A stretch of 62,568 nucleotides of DNA from Bordetella parapertussis (GTDB lineage Bacteria > Pseudomonadota > Gammaproteobacteria > Burkholderiales > SG8-39), in the NCBI GenBank assembly GCA_945897475.1, contig CAMDFL010000003.1, forward strand, positions 1 to 62,568. Direction: 5' to 3'. Shown piece by piece: positions 9,158-19,864 of this stretch; within the stretch, counting starts at the first letter, position 1, and each line of letters begins with the position of its first letter. A program made the translations under genes and the position numbers. The notes beneath the pieces are model-generated. The model saw only the letters and a program-made list of their open reading frames with translations. It had not been told where the DNA came from and made no database searches.

Positions 9158-9246
9158 CATGCAGCCGGCTGCGGGCTGCGTTCACCCATGCAGCCGGCTA
9201 CGCGCTGCGCTTACCTATGCAGCCGGCTGGGGCTTGCGTTCACCAC
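9158..9246. repeat. 29-30-bp tandem repeat x3 spanning the 3' end of hyuB
   Basis: Copies at 9158-9186, 9187-9216 and 9217-9246. The third copy encodes the HyuB C-terminus (RGERKPQPAA*). The other two lie just past the stop. Confidence 0.85.
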
Positions 9247-10990
9247 GCATCTTGTCGCGCAGATTCATGGTGGCTGCCTCATCCAGGCTCATGTCTTTCT
9301 TGAGCACCACGCCGTAGCTATCGCGCGCCGCATCTGCCGATACCAGTTCCTCGACCACGTCCCATTGAACCTTGGCTGCCTCTCGATCCAGCGGATCACC
9401 CCAGCCGCCGCCGCCGCCGGTGCGAACGATGACCTCAACGCCGACCTGAACCGGGTGGCGATTGGCATCGGGTTCAGTCCAGCCTTTAGCGCCTTTGTCG
9501 CGCATCAGATAGGCCGCGGTACCGCCTGACTCGCCGCCCCAAAGGCCCCACGGCGCACATTCGGTGCGCCCGGATTTGGCGAGATTCCAGCGGCCATCGA
9601 CAAAATTCTTCACCGTCACATCGATACCGAGGCCGCCACGGAATTTACCCGCTCCGCAGGAGTCGCGCCGCAGTTCGCGCCCGCTAATCATTACCGGGCA
9701 CTTGAGTTCGATGCCCTCAATGGAACCATTGCGAACGTCGCCCTGGCACACCGAAACCGTGCCGGATTCACCGTCTTCGGTTGGACGTCCGCCCCAACCG
9801 CCGCCTTCGATCGATTGCACCACGAAACGGCGATTGGTCTTGGGATCGACACCGAAGAACACCACCGCACCGCCCAGCAAGCCGTGATGTGCCGCGGGAA
9901 TCTTGTCCGGCATCGCAGGCGCCAGTGCTCGGATGATGGTGTCCACCACCGTCGGAATAATGGTGCTCCAGTTCGCCATGGGCGCGGGATAGCGCGCCAT
10001 CATGATGTTGCCCTCGGGAATAACTACGTTCAATGCGCGGAACGATCCTTCGTTCACCGGATCGAGCGGCCCGGTGATGGCTTTGTAGGCGACGCGAGCC
10101 CCTGCTAGCGAACGCGAATTGACGCCTGCCTTGCGCTCAGCCGAGCACTTCGACAAGTCGATGGTCATCTCGCCCTTATTGATGGTCACCTTGGCGTGCA
10201 GCGGCAATTTCACGCCGGTGAGAACGCCGTCGTCATCGAAAAACGAGGAGGCTTCGTATTCACCGTCCTTCAATTGAGAAATGACATTGCGACACTTGAT
10301 GTCGGTCTCATCGAAGATCTGCGCTATGCAGGCCATCACCGTGTCTTTACCGTACTTGGTGAAGAGGTCATCTAAACGTTTATTGCCGAGGCGACAAGAG
10401 GCCATCTGCGACTTCATGTCGCCCAGTGAACTCTCGGGAAAGCGGATGTTGTCCTTGATGATGCGAAACACCGGATCAACGAGCTTACTTTCCTCGTAGA
10501 CCTTGATCTGATCGAGTTGCAGGCCTTCCAGCCAGGGATCGACCACCTCGGCGCCGGCGCCAAAGCCGGTGCTGGTGCCGCCCACATCGATCCAGTGCGC
10601 GCGAACGATCGTAAACATCAACAATTCGCCACGGAAGAAATAGGGCATGTAAATCGCGATGTTATTCAGATGCTGCCCCGCCACCGCCTGGTGATTGGTA
10701 ATGACCACATCACCGGGCTTGAAGCCACTGGTTCCATAGCGTTTCATGCCATCGATAATCAACACGCCCAGGTCGGCCACGAAGTGCGACACGCCGCCGA
10801 CGTTCTGCGATACGAGGTCCCCGTTTGGCATGACCAGAGCGGTGCAGTAATCGCGTACCTCGTAGATCATCATGTTGTAGGAAGTGCGCTGCAGATCGGC
10901 GGCCATTTCGTTGGAGACCGCCGGCAGCGCATTGCGAATAACTTCCAGCGTTACCGGATCGAGCTTGGCATCCTTGACCTTGGCATCCAT
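9215..10990 (-). CDS. hydantoinase B / oxoprolinase family protein
   Basis: 591-aa ORF with HyuB-type N-terminus LDPVTLEVIRNAL..V..EM and a GGGGWGDP motif. Directly downstream of hyuA. Confidence 0.92.
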   Translation of the reverse strand: MDAKVKDAKLDPVTLEVIRNALPAVSNEMAADLQRTSYNMMIYEVRDYCTALVMPNGDLVSQNVGGVSHFVADLGVLIIDGMKRYGTSGFKPGDVVITNHQAVAGQHLNNIAIYMPYFFRGELLMFTIVRAHWIDVGGTSTGFGAGAEVVDPWLEGLQLDQIKVYEESKLVDPVFRIIKDNIRFPESSLGDMKSQMASCRLGNKRLDDLFTKYGKDTVMACIAQIFDETDIKCRNVISQLKDGEYEASSFFDDDGVLTGVKLPLHAKVTINKGEMTIDLSKCSAERKAGVNSRSLAGARVAYKAITGPLDPVNEGSFRALNVVIPEGNIMMARYPAPMANWSTIIPTVVDTIIRALAPAMPDKIPAAHHGLLGGAVVFFGVDPKTNRRFVVQSIEGGGWGGRPTEDGESGTVSVCQGDVRNGSIEGIELKCPVMISGRELRRDSCGAGKFRGGLGIDVTVKNFVDGRWNLAKSGRTECAPWGLWGGESGGTAAYLMRDKGAKGWTEPDANRHPVQVGVEVIVRTGGGGGWGDPLDREAAKVQWDVVEELVSADAARDSYGVVLKKDMSLDEAATMNLRDKMRGERKPQPAA

Positions 10991-10992
10991 AT

Positions 10993-13029
10993 TTAAGCCC
11001 CTCCGACTCGGATGATGAGCTCACCGGTGGGCGCCACCGTGCACTCGTCGCCCGCAAACATCACCGTAGTGGTGCCGTGTTCCTGTATCAGCGCCGGACC
11101 GCTGAAGCTCGCGCCCGCACCCAGATCGGCGCGCTCGTACACCGGGCAATCAATCTGACCGCCATCGGCTGAGAAGCACACCTTGCGGCTGCGCACGGGC
11201 TTGGCCTTGCCGGTATCAACCAGCTTGGGAAAATTGAGCTTGGGTTTCTTGCCCAGCACCGACAAACGCACGTTGATGATTTCCACCGGTTCCTCCGGCG
11301 AGTGGTGGGCGTAGCGGTGCTCGTACAACTCGTCGAAAGCGGTGCGAATCGCCTGACGATCGCCTTTCTTCAACTGCTCGAGCTTTACCGCAACCGCGAG
11401 CGTGAACTCCTGGCCGACGTAGCGCAGGTCCAGTTGAATCTGCAAATCGGGCGATTTGTTGTGGCGCAGACCCACCATGCCCTCTTTGACCATCTCTTCG
11501 TAGACGCGAATCAAATGCGCGAAATCGATGGCGGTAAGATCGGCGTAATAGGTGCGGGTGAAGTCGTGTCGCTCATCGGCCACCAGCATCCCGAGGGCCG
11601 AGAAGTTCGAAGGGAACAATGGAATGATCACCGTTGGCACATGCAGTTCGCGCGCAATCGCGATCACGTGCAGGGGGCCTGCGCCGCCCGAGGCCACCAG
11701 AGCGAAATCGCGCGGGTCGTAGCCCTTGGCCACCGACACTTCGCGAACCGCCAGCGACATCTTGGCAATGGCGATATCAACGATGGCTTCGGCTGCCGCA
11801 AGTACTTCGAGGTTGAGTGGCTCGGCGATTTTTGTCTTGATACCGTTGCGCGCGCCATCAACGTCCAACTTCATCTCCCCGCCCAGAAACTGATCCGGAT
11901 CGAGACGCCCCAACACCACGTTGGCATCCGTTATAGTCGGCTCGGTGCCGCCGCCCTTATAGCAGATCGGTCCGGGAACAGCGCCCGCGCTTTGCGGGCC
12001 GATTTTCAGCGCACCCACTTCGTCGATCCAGGCTATCGAACCACCACCCGCGCCGACTTCCACCACATCGACCAGGGGCAGCATCACCGGCTGGCCACTG
12101 GCGTAACCGCCCACGTAGTAACCGGGCGCCATGGTGGTCTCCCCGTCCTTCACCAGACTCGCCTTGGCGGTCGTGCCACCCATGTCAAACGAAATGACGT
12201 TCTGGTAGCCCAAGGCCACACCGAACTGCGCCGAAGCGATGATGCCGCCCACGGGGCCGGATTCCATCATCGCCACCGGGCGCTGTGTGGCGACCTCGGG
12301 GGTCATAACGCCGCCATTGGATTGCATGATGGTGAGATCGCCCTTGAAGCCGATACCGCGCAGGCTCTTATCCAGACTTTGCACATAGCCACCAACCACC
12401 GGACCGATGTAGGCGTTCACCACAGTGGTCGACATGCGCTCGAACTCGCGGTACTCGCGCAGAATCTCGTGCGACAGCGATACATACGCATCGGGCATCA
12501 TTTTGCGAATGATGTCGCCCGCAGCGCGCTCGTGCTCGGGGCTGTTGTAGGAGTGCAGGAAACACACTGCCACCGCCTTTACTTCTTTTTCGATGAAGAG
12601 CTTACAGGCGGCTTCGATGCTTTCTTTGTCGAGCGGTTGCAGCACTTCACCGGATGCGAGAACCCGTTCCTTCGCCTCGACGGTCAAGTGGCGCGGCACC
12701 AGCGGACGATGCTTGTGGAAGAAAAGATTGTAGGACTCCGGGCGGTTGCCGCGACCGATGATGTAGACGTCGCGCATGCCTTGCGTCACCACCAGACCTG
12801 TCTTCGCGCCTTTGCGCTCGATCAGCGTATTGATGGCGGTGGTGGATCCGTGGATCAACTCGTCGATAGCCGAGGACTCCAGGCCGCTTTTCTTGATGCA
12901 GTCGATGATGCCTTGCACCAGATTCGCCGGAGTGCTCAGACTTTTGGAATCCGAGAAACGACCGGTCTGGTCATCAAAGGCCATCAGGTCAGTGAAGGTA
13001 CCGCCAATATCGATTGCGACGACGAGCAT
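10993..13029 (-). CDS. hydantoinase A / oxoprolinase family protein
   Basis: ORF 10993..13092. The likely start is MLVVAIDIGGTFTDL at 13029, matching the usual HyuA N-terminus; the longer start at 13092 is possible. Confidence 0.9.
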   Translation of the reverse strand: MLVVAIDIGGTFTDLMAFDDQTGRFSDSKSLSTPANLVQGIIDCIKKSGLESSAIDELIHGSTTAINTLIERKGAKTGLVVTQGMRDVYIIGRGNRPESYNLFFHKHRPLVPRHLTVEAKERVLASGEVLQPLDKESIEAACKLFIEKEVKAVAVCFLHSYNSPEHERAAGDIIRKMMPDAYVSLSHEILREYREFERMSTTVVNAYIGPVVGGYVQSLDKSLRGIGFKGDLTIMQSNGGVMTPEVATQRPVAMMESGPVGGIIASAQFGVALGYQNVISFDMGGTTAKASLVKDGETTMAPGYYVGGYASGQPVMLPLVDVVEVGAGGGSIAWIDEVGALKIGPQSAGAVPGPICYKGGGTEPTITDANVVLGRLDPDQFLGGEMKLDVDGARNGIKTKIAEPLNLEVLAAAEAIVDIAIAKMSLAVREVSVAKGYDPRDFALVASGGAGPLHVIAIARELHVPTVIIPLFPSNFSALGMLVADERHDFTRTYYADLTAIDFAHLIRVYEEMVKEGMVGLRHNKSPDLQIQLDLRYVGQEFTLAVAVKLEQLKKGDRQAIRTAFDELYEHRYAHHSPEEPVEIINVRLSVLGKKPKLNFPKLVDTGKAKPVRSRKVCFSADGGQIDCPVYERADLGAGASFSGPALIQEHGTTTVMFAGDECTVAPTGELIIRVGGA

Positions 13030-13101
13030 GGGAATTCCGATTATGCGAGTTGAAAGAGGCGGCATTATTCGCCCTGGGCGTGTCGCTGGCAATGGGACAA
13101 G

Positions 13102-13136
13102 TGGCTATATTAATTAAAGCTGGTTGGCTATAATCA
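13102..13136. promoter_or_regulatory. candidate LysR operator / divergent promoter region
   Basis: tggctata repeated at 13102-13109 and 13125-13132. Perfect palindrome TTAATTAA at 13110-13117. TATAAT at 13129-13134. Lies between divergent hyuA and the LysR gene. Confidence 0.3.
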
Positions 13137-13243
13137 AGAAAGCCGCATAGGGACTCCGCCCTCCCCTTTTTTTCGTGCCCGCCGCCCCAACGCAAAAGGT
13201 CTAACCAAGTAATGAAAACCGCAGCGCATAACTCGGAGTAGAG

Positions 13244-14140
13244 GTGATTTCAGCCAGCCCCCGGCGCCTTGCCATCTTCAAAACTGTCGCCGATCTGGGC
13301 GGCTTCAACATTGCCGCCGAACATCTGGGCATCGCCCAACCCTCAGTGGGCGCGCATATCAAGGCGCTGGAAAAACAGGCCGGGCAAGCGCTGTTTCACC
13401 GCGGTCGAGGCACGCGTGCGAGCCTCACCCGCGCGGGGGAAACGCTCTACACCTACGCGGTGGAAATGTTGCGCCAATCCGAACAAGCAAGCGCTTCTCT
13501 CACCGACCTGGGCACGGCAAGCGCGCGTGAAGTCGTGATCGCGGCGCAACGCGCGATATCCAACTATTTTCTGCCCGCGTATCTCGCCGCGTTTGCGGCA
13601 CGTAACCCCGGCATCCGAATTGTCACCCGCACCGGCACATCCGAGAATGTTCTGGACATGGTGCGCGCCCGCTCTGTGGATATTGGGCTTTTTCAGTCGC
13701 TGGGCCCGGTACCTGGCATACGCTCGCAGTTGTTATCCAACGAACCGCTGGCGATGGTGGTGGCGCCGCACCACCCCCTGGCCAGGAAAGCGCTTGTGAC
13801 ACCCACGGATCTGGCCGGCCATGCCTTTGTCGGTCCGCTGCGCGATTCACACTACTTTCACATGATCGATCAGGTATTGCGGCGCCAGGGCCTGCACGAC
13901 ATTCACTTCGCCATGGAATTGCAGGATTTCGCAGCGGTCATTGAAATGGCGCGTCATGGCGCCGGCATCGCCTGCGAGATGCTGTGCTGCGTGAAAAACG
14001 AAATCAATGCCGGCTTGCTCACGCAACTCAAATTCGCCGGACCGCCCGCGACCATGCAGATTCGCTGCGCGAATTTATCGCCAAAATCAGAGCCTGTGCG
14101 CCAGTTGATCGAAATCATGCGCGGTAGCCTCCCCGGCTGA
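13244..14140 (+). CDS. LysR-family transcriptional regulator
   Basis: N-terminal HTH segment FKTVADLGGFNIAAEHLGIAQPSVGAHIKALE. GTG start preceded by GGAGTAGAG. Divergent from hyuAB. Confidence 0.9.
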   Translation: MISASPRRLAIFKTVADLGGFNIAAEHLGIAQPSVGAHIKALEKQAGQALFHRGRGTRASLTRAGETLYTYAVEMLRQSEQASASLTDLGTASAREVVIAAQRAISNYFLPAYLAAFAARNPGIRIVTRTGTSENVLDMVRARSVDIGLFQSLGPVPGIRSQLLSNEPLAMVVAPHHPLARKALVTPTDLAGHAFVGPLRDSHYFHMIDQVLRRQGLHDIHFAMELQDFAAVIEMARHGAGIACEMLCCVKNEINAGLLTQLKFAGPPATMQIRCANLSPKSEPVRQLIEIMRGSLPG

Positions 14141-14441
14141 ACACACGACCCACCCAAAGCGATAGACAAAGCAGTTTTTTTACGACTTACGAAACGCTTT
14201 TTTTGCCGCATCAGAATCCGTTTCAGCGCGTCGAACTCGATCTAAATAATCCCGCGTTTCTCAAGGGCGCGCCGCGCGATCGCTTATCGAGACCGCCAAT
14301 TGATGCGTTTGTTGTGGATTGCCCCGGATCATGAAGCAACCTACGTCGGATCCAGGAGGTGATGGAAAACCTCGGTGGCTCACCCGGAATTGTCGATAGA
14401 ATTCAGCGTTAGCCCACCTATCCTTCCCTCAAGGTCTGTTC

Positions 14442-15401
14442 ATGACATCAGTCTCATCATCGCTCGTCTTAATCGCGGCGTGCCTCTCCGGGGTCTCCAT
14501 TGCGCAACCCTACCCCACCAAACCGATTCGCATGATCGTACCCAATGCCCCCGGCGGCCTCGCCGACACGGCGGCGCGCCTGGTGGCGGGGAAACTTTCC
14601 GAATCCTTTGGACAACAGGTGATCGTCGACAATCGCGTCGGCGCGGGCAGCACCATAGGCACGCAGGCCGCGGTGCGCGCCACGCCCGACGGCTACACCC
14701 TGCTCACGGTGTTCGACAGCCATGCCACCAACCCGCATTTATTCAAGAAACTGGAGTACGACACGCTTGCCGATCTCGCGCCAATTTCATTGCTGGTGCG
14801 CGGGCCGATGCTGCTGGTGGCGACACCAAAACTCCCGGCCTCATCGGTGCAGGAGTTCGTGAAAATGGCTAAAGCCAAGCCTGGCGTGATCAATTTCCTT
14901 GCTGTCGGTCCGGGATCACCGGCGCGCCTTTTCATGGAACTGCTGAAATCAAGCGCCGATATCGACATGACCATGGTGTCCTACAAAGGTGCCGGTCCCG
15001 CGATGGCCGATCTGATGAGCGGCCAAGTTGACATCATGTTCGGCACCATTCCCACTGTGGGTAACTTGGTGAAATCCGGAAAACTGAAACCGCTTGCGAT
15101 AACCTCCGAGCGCCGTAGCGATTTCGCGCCCGGCGTGCCGGCCTTGAACGAAGCCGTCCCCGGTTTCCGCGCCGAGGTGTGGGTGGGCATGTTCGCACCG
15201 GTAAAAACGCCAACGGACATCATCGGCCGGTTGAATGCGGAGTCCGTCAAGGTGCTGGCAACCGCCGACCTCAAGGCGCGCTTTGCTGAACAAGGACTCG
15301 AGTCAGTGGGCAGCACACCCGCCCAGCTCGATCAATGGCTGAGGTTTGAGATGGATCGCTGGGGCAAGGTGATACGCGACAACAAGATCACGCTGGAATA
15401 G
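14442..15401 (+). CDS. Bug-family (TctC-like) substrate-binding protein
   Basis: Signal peptide followed by QPYPTKPIRMIVPNAPGG, DNRVGAG and DGYTLL motifs. Confidence 0.9.
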   Translation: MTSVSSSLVLIAACLSGVSIAQPYPTKPIRMIVPNAPGGLADTAARLVAGKLSESFGQQVIVDNRVGAGSTIGTQAAVRATPDGYTLLTVFDSHATNPHLFKKLEYDTLADLAPISLLVRGPMLLVATPKLPASSVQEFVKMAKAKPGVINFLAVGPGSPARLFMELLKSSADIDMTMVSYKGAGPAMADLMSGQVDIMFGTIPTVGNLVKSGKLKPLAITSERRSDFAPGVPALNEAVPGFRAEVWVGMFAPVKTPTDIIGRLNAESVKVLATADLKARFAEQGLESVGSTPAQLDQWLRFEMDRWGKVIRDNKITLE

Positions 15402-15638
15402 CCCGAGACGCGAGCGCATTCTGCGAAACGGTGCATCGGCTGACACAAACAGTGACAAAAACTCCACAACCGAGCGCCGTTAAGTGATGCGACAGTCTGC
15501 AATACGCCAAGCAGGTATCGGCCATAATTTGCTTGGATAACTGAACCAATAACAAGCATCCACGCGGGTTTCCAGGCATTTTCCATTACATAGAATGGCC
15601 GAACAGGCGAGCTGTGAACAGCTGGGATTGCCGATAAG

Positions 15639-17060
15639 CTAAGCGTTCTTCCGGATGAAGGATTTCACCGCTTCCGCGTCGGTATCGATGACTTCAAACC
15701 GCTGCGGACGACTCTCGATATCGGCGTAGGCCGCGGGCCGCTCAGGCTCGCGCCCCAGTGCTTCGCGTAGGGTTTCGGCGAATTTCGCGGCGAGCGCGGT
15801 CTCAAGGCACACCAGAGGAACTCCCGTTTCACGGTGTTCCAGCCCCACTTTGACGCCGTCGGCAGTATGCGTGTCTATCATCACGCCGTACTTCTCCCAG
15901 ACCATCCGTATGGTGGCGAGGCGATCGGCGTGGGTGCTTGATCCCGATATGAAACCGGTTTGCGCAATCTGGCGGAACGCGTCGCCCTGCGACAGATCGA
16001 AAGCACCTTGCTTGTCGACCCCGGCCCACAGCTGTACGAGCGCCGCCGCGTCTCGCCCCAGCAGATCGAAAACATATCGCTCGAAATTGGACGCTTTGGA
16101 AATATCCATCGACGGGCTGCTGGTTGCATGCACTTCGGCCGCGCTGCGCGCTCGGTAATGTCCGGTGCGAAAAAATTCGTCAAGCACATTGTTCTCATTG
16201 GTCGCGCAGATGAGCTTGGCGATAGGCAATCCCATCTGGCGCGCAATATGCCCGGCGAGAATATTGCCGAAATTACCCGAAGGAACGGCGAAGGACACCT
16301 GCTCCCTGCCTGCTTTCGTTTCGGTGCTTTTCGTCACCGCGAAATAAGCCTTGAAGTAGTACACGATCTGCGCCGCGATACGCGCCCAGTTGATCGAATT
16401 CACGGTGCCGATGTGGAACTGCGCCTTGAATTCCTGGTCGTTGCCAATCGCTTTGACAATGTCCTGGCAATCATCAAAGACGCCGCGCACCGCAATGTTG
16501 AAAATATTCGGGTCGACCAGCGAAAACATTTGCGCGGCCTGAAACGGGCTCATGCGCCCGTGCGGCGATAGCATGAACACGCGAACGCCATGCTTGCCGC
16601 GCAGGGCGTATTCGGCGGCTGAACCGGTGTCACCAGAGGTGGCGCCAAGAATATTCAGCGACTTGCCGCGCTTGGTCAGCACGTATTCGAACAGATTGCC
16701 CAGTAACTGCATCGCCACATCCTTGAACGCCAGCGTAGGCCCGTTCGACAATCCCAGCAGGTGCAATCCTGGTTCCAGAGTCTTCACCGGAACGATGTCG
16801 ACACTGCTGAAAGCGGCAAGCGTGTAGCTGCGCTCAATGATTTCACGCAAGTCAGCCGGTGGAATGTCATCGGCAAATTTCGACAAAATCGCGAAGGCCA
16901 GTTGCGGGTAACTCATATGCCGCAAGCTGGCGAGTTCCGCCTCGCCGATACGCGGATAGGTCTCGGGAACGTACAGCCCGCCATCTGGCGCTAAGCCTTC
17001 GAGCAGGATGTCAGTGAAAGTCCGTGCCGCCGCGCCACCGCGGGTGCTGATGTACTTCAC
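15639..17060 (-). CDS. thrC: threonine synthase
   Basis: MKYISTRGG N-terminus. PLP-lysine region GPTLAFKD. Confidence 0.95.
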   Translation of the reverse strand: MKYISTRGGAAARTFTDILLEGLAPDGGLYVPETYPRIGEAELASLRHMSYPQLAFAILSKFADDIPPADLREIIERSYTLAAFSSVDIVPVKTLEPGLHLLGLSNGPTLAFKDVAMQLLGNLFEYVLTKRGKSLNILGATSGDTGSAAEYALRGKHGVRVFMLSPHGRMSPFQAAQMFSLVDPNIFNIAVRGVFDDCQDIVKAIGNDQEFKAQFHIGTVNSINWARIAAQIVYYFKAYFAVTKSTETKAGREQVSFAVPSGNFGNILAGHIARQMGLPIAKLICATNENNVLDEFFRTGHYRARSAAEVHATSSPSMDISKASNFERYVFDLLGRDAAALVQLWAGVDKQGAFDLSQGDAFRQIAQTGFISGSSTHADRLATIRMVWEKYGVMIDTHTADGVKVGLEHRETGVPLVCLETALAAKFAETLREALGREPERPAAYADIESRPQRFEVIDTDAEAVKSFIRKNA

Positions 17061-17065
17061 GCCGA

Positions 17066-18388
17066 TCAGCCCAGTTCTTCGAGACGAATGCGAGTCACCT
17101 TGCCGCTCACCACCGGCAGAGCCTCGATCTTCGAGATCGCGGAATTGATATTTTTCTCGCGCGTCTGGTGGGTGAGCATGATGATATTCACCTGCTCCTC
17201 ACCGGCTGCGGGTTCTTTTTGCACCATGGCGTCGATGGAAATGGATAAGTCCGCGAGGATGCGCGTAATGTCGGCCAGCACGCCGGGTTTATCCACCACG
17301 CGCATGCGAAGGTAGTAGGAGGTAGTCACCTCCTCCATGGAAAGAATGCGAGTTCCCGCAAGCTGGTCAGGCTGGAATGCAAGGTGCGGCACGCGATGGT
17401 CGGGGTCGGCGGTGTGCAGCCGAGTGACATCAACGAGATCCGCCACCACGGCGCTCGCCGTAGGCTCAGCTCCAGCGCCAGCGCCGTAGTACATGGTCGC
17501 CCCTACTGCGTCGCCCTTGACCAATATCGCGTTCATCACGCCCTCGACATTGGCGATCAGCCGCCGAGTCGGAATCAGCGTCGGGTGTACGCGAAGCTCA
17601 ATGCCTTCAGCCCCGTCTACCTGGCTTCGGCGAGTTATACCCAGCAACTTGATGCGATAGCCCAACTCCTCCGCATAGCGGATGTCCTGTTGGGTCAAGT
17701 TCGCGATGCCCTCGGTATAAGCCTTATCAAACTGCATCGGGATGCCGAAAGCAATCGCAGACATGATGGTCAGCTTGTGTGCCGCGTCGATGCCTTCGAT
17801 GTCAAATGTAGGATCGGCCTCCGCATAGCCCAGGTTCTGCGCCTCTTTCAAAACGGTATCGAAGGCTGCGCCCTTGTCGCGCATCTCCGAGAGAATGAAA
17901 TTGGACGTCCCGTTAATGATTCCGGCGATCCATTCGATTCGATTGGCGGTCAAGCCTTCGCGCAGCGCCTTGATAATCGGAATGCCGCCAGCCACCGCCG
18001 CCTCGAAGCCCACCATCACGCCTTTTTTCTGCGCAGCGGCGAAGATTTCGTTGCCATGCGTGGCCAGCAACGCCTTGTTGGCGGTGACCACGTGCTTGCC
18101 GTTGTTGATGGCCTTCAATACGAATTCCTTGGCCACGGTATAGCCGCCGATCAACTCGATCACGATATCGATGTCGGGATCATTGACAACGGTGTTGGCG
18201 TCATCGGTCAAGCGCGCACGGCCACCGGTAATTTTTTGCGCCCGCGCCTGATCTTTATCCGCCACCGCGGAGATTACAATTCCGCGTCCCGCACGGCGGG
18301 TGATTTCCTCCTGATTGCGCGCGAGCACCGCCCAGGTACCCCCGCCTACGGTGCCGATCCCCAGCAGTCCCACATTGATTGGCTTCAT
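17066..18388 (-). CDS. hom: homoserine dehydrogenase
   Basis: MKPINVGLLGIGTVGGG Rossmann N-terminus. C-terminal ACT-like domain. Lies between alaA and thrC. Confidence 0.95.
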   Translation of the reverse strand: MKPINVGLLGIGTVGGGTWAVLARNQEEITRRAGRGIVISAVADKDQARAQKITGGRARLTDDANTVVNDPDIDIVIELIGGYTVAKEFVLKAINNGKHVVTANKALLATHGNEIFAAAQKKGVMVGFEAAVAGGIPIIKALREGLTANRIEWIAGIINGTSNFILSEMRDKGAAFDTVLKEAQNLGYAEADPTFDIEGIDAAHKLTIMSAIAFGIPMQFDKAYTEGIANLTQQDIRYAEELGYRIKLLGITRRSQVDGAEGIELRVHPTLIPTRRLIANVEGVMNAILVKGDAVGATMYYGAGAGAEPTASAVVADLVDVTRLHTADPDHRVPHLAFQPDQLAGTRILSMEEVTTSYYLRMRVVDKPGVLADITRILADLSISIDAMVQKEPAAGEEQVNIIMLTHQTREKNINSAISKIEALPVVSGKVTRIRLEELG

Positions 18389-18394
18389 ATCTTT

Positions 18395-19627
18395 TTATCC
18401 GGTTGCGTGGCGTTTGCGATAAGTATCGAGGAAGCGGGCGATGCGTCCGATCGCCTCAGTGAGATCGTCGCTGTTGGGCAGAAACACCACGCGAAAGTGA
18501 TCGGCATGCGGCCAGTTGAATCCGCTGCCCTGCACCACCAGCACTTTCTGCTCCTCCAGCATCTCGAGCACGAATTGCTGGTCGTCCTTGATCGGGTACA
18601 TTTTGGAATCCAAGCGCGGAAAAATATATAAAGCTGCCTTAGGTTTGACGCAAGTGACACCCGGAATCTGCGTAATCAGGGAATGCGCCAGATCGCGCTG
18701 CCTGCCCAAGCGACCACTGGGAGCCACCAGATCATTGATGCTCTGGTAGCCGCCCAAGGCCGTCTGGATGGCGTATTGCCCCGGCGCATTGGCGCACAAA
18801 CGCATCGAGGCAAGTAGTTCCAATCCTTCGATGTAATCGCGCGCATGTTGCTTTTCCCCGGATATAGCCACCCAGCCGCTGCGGTAACCACAGGCGCGAT
18901 AGTTCTTCGATAAACCATTAAAACTCAGAAACAACACATCATCGGCAAGCGAGGCAATCGAGGTATGCGTCGCGCCATCGTACAAAGTCTTGTCGTAAAT
19001 CTCGTCGGCGAAAACGATCAACTGATGCTGCCGCGCGATCTCAATCAGTTGCAGTAGCAAGTCATTCGGGTACAAGGCGCCGGTGGGATTGTTCGGATTA
19101 ATGACCACCATGGCGCGCGTGCGTGGCGAAATTTTTCGTCGGATATCGGCCAGGTCCGGCGCCCAATCGGCGCCTTCGTCGCACAGGTAATGCACCGGTT
19201 TCCCGCCTGCGAGGCGAACCGCTGCGGTCCACAACGGGTAGTCCGGCGCGGGGATCAGCACTTCGTCGCCATCGTCCAACAAGCCTTGCATGGACATGAC
19301 AATCAATTCCGAAACACCATTGCCGACAATGATGTCATCAAGCTCGACGCCGGCAATGCTTTTGGTCTGGCAGTAATGCATGATGGCCTTGCGTGCGGGG
19401 AACAGTCCTTTGGAATCTGTGTATCCCGAGGCGTTCGACAAATTGACGATCACATCGTGGCGCACCTCGTCGGGAACGTCGAACCCGAACGGTGCAAGGT
19501 TGCCGATATTGAGTTTGAATATGCGCTGCCCGTCTTCTTCCATCTGACGCGCGCGCGCCAACACCGGACCGCGTATGTCGTAGCAGACATCGGCCAATTT
19601 CGAGGATTTACGTATCGGTTTCAACAT
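18395..19627 (-). CDS. alaA: PLP-dependent aminotransferase, AlaA-like glutamate-pyruvate aminotransferase
   Basis: Colinear with E. coli AlaA as recalled: SSKL..VCYDIRGPV, LNIGN.APFGFD.PDE, NGLSK.YR..G.R. Confidence 0.88.
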   Translation of the reverse strand: MLKPIRKSSKLADVCYDIRGPVLARARQMEEDGQRIFKLNIGNLAPFGFDVPDEVRHDVIVNLSNASGYTDSKGLFPARKAIMHYCQTKSIAGVELDDIIVGNGVSELIVMSMQGLLDDGDEVLIPAPDYPLWTAAVRLAGGKPVHYLCDEGADWAPDLADIRRKISPRTRAMVVINPNNPTGALYPNDLLLQLIEIARQHQLIVFADEIYDKTLYDGATHTSIASLADDVLFLSFNGLSKNYRACGYRSGWVAISGEKQHARDYIEGLELLASMRLCANAPGQYAIQTALGGYQSINDLVAPSGRLGRQRDLAHSLITQIPGVTCVKPKAALYIFPRLDSKMYPIKDDQQFVLEMLEEQKVLVVQGSGFNWPHADHFRVVFLPNSDDLTEAIGRIARFLDTYRKRHATG

Positions 19628-19864
19628 GGCGACATTCCTTGGCGATATTCCTTGACCTGATCAACGGCCCTGGGCCGTTCATCGGGGTTATGCCTCATTC
19701 AATGCAGCTGAGACAGCAACACGCTACAGTGCAATAAGACATAAAAGTTATAATGTTACCCGACACTTAACGCAATCTGCAAAATAAGAACCTGAGCCGC
19801 AGGGGTAGGCCTTCTCAGCGCCCCGCCACCGAGCTTGGGATAGCTCACGCGAAAGCCCCACATC

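Noticed and set aside
11302-13053. 583-aa ORF on the plus strand
   Set aside because: It is entirely antisense to the well-supported hyuA gene. Its composition is Arg/His/Gly/Ala-rich and typical of shadow ORFs in high-GC DNA, and it has no recognisable motifs. The same reasoning applies to 17384..18631, 34289..35401, 38171..39229, 55087..55992, 48284..49156, 48064..48972, 20443..21426, 22528..23364 and 4558..5214.
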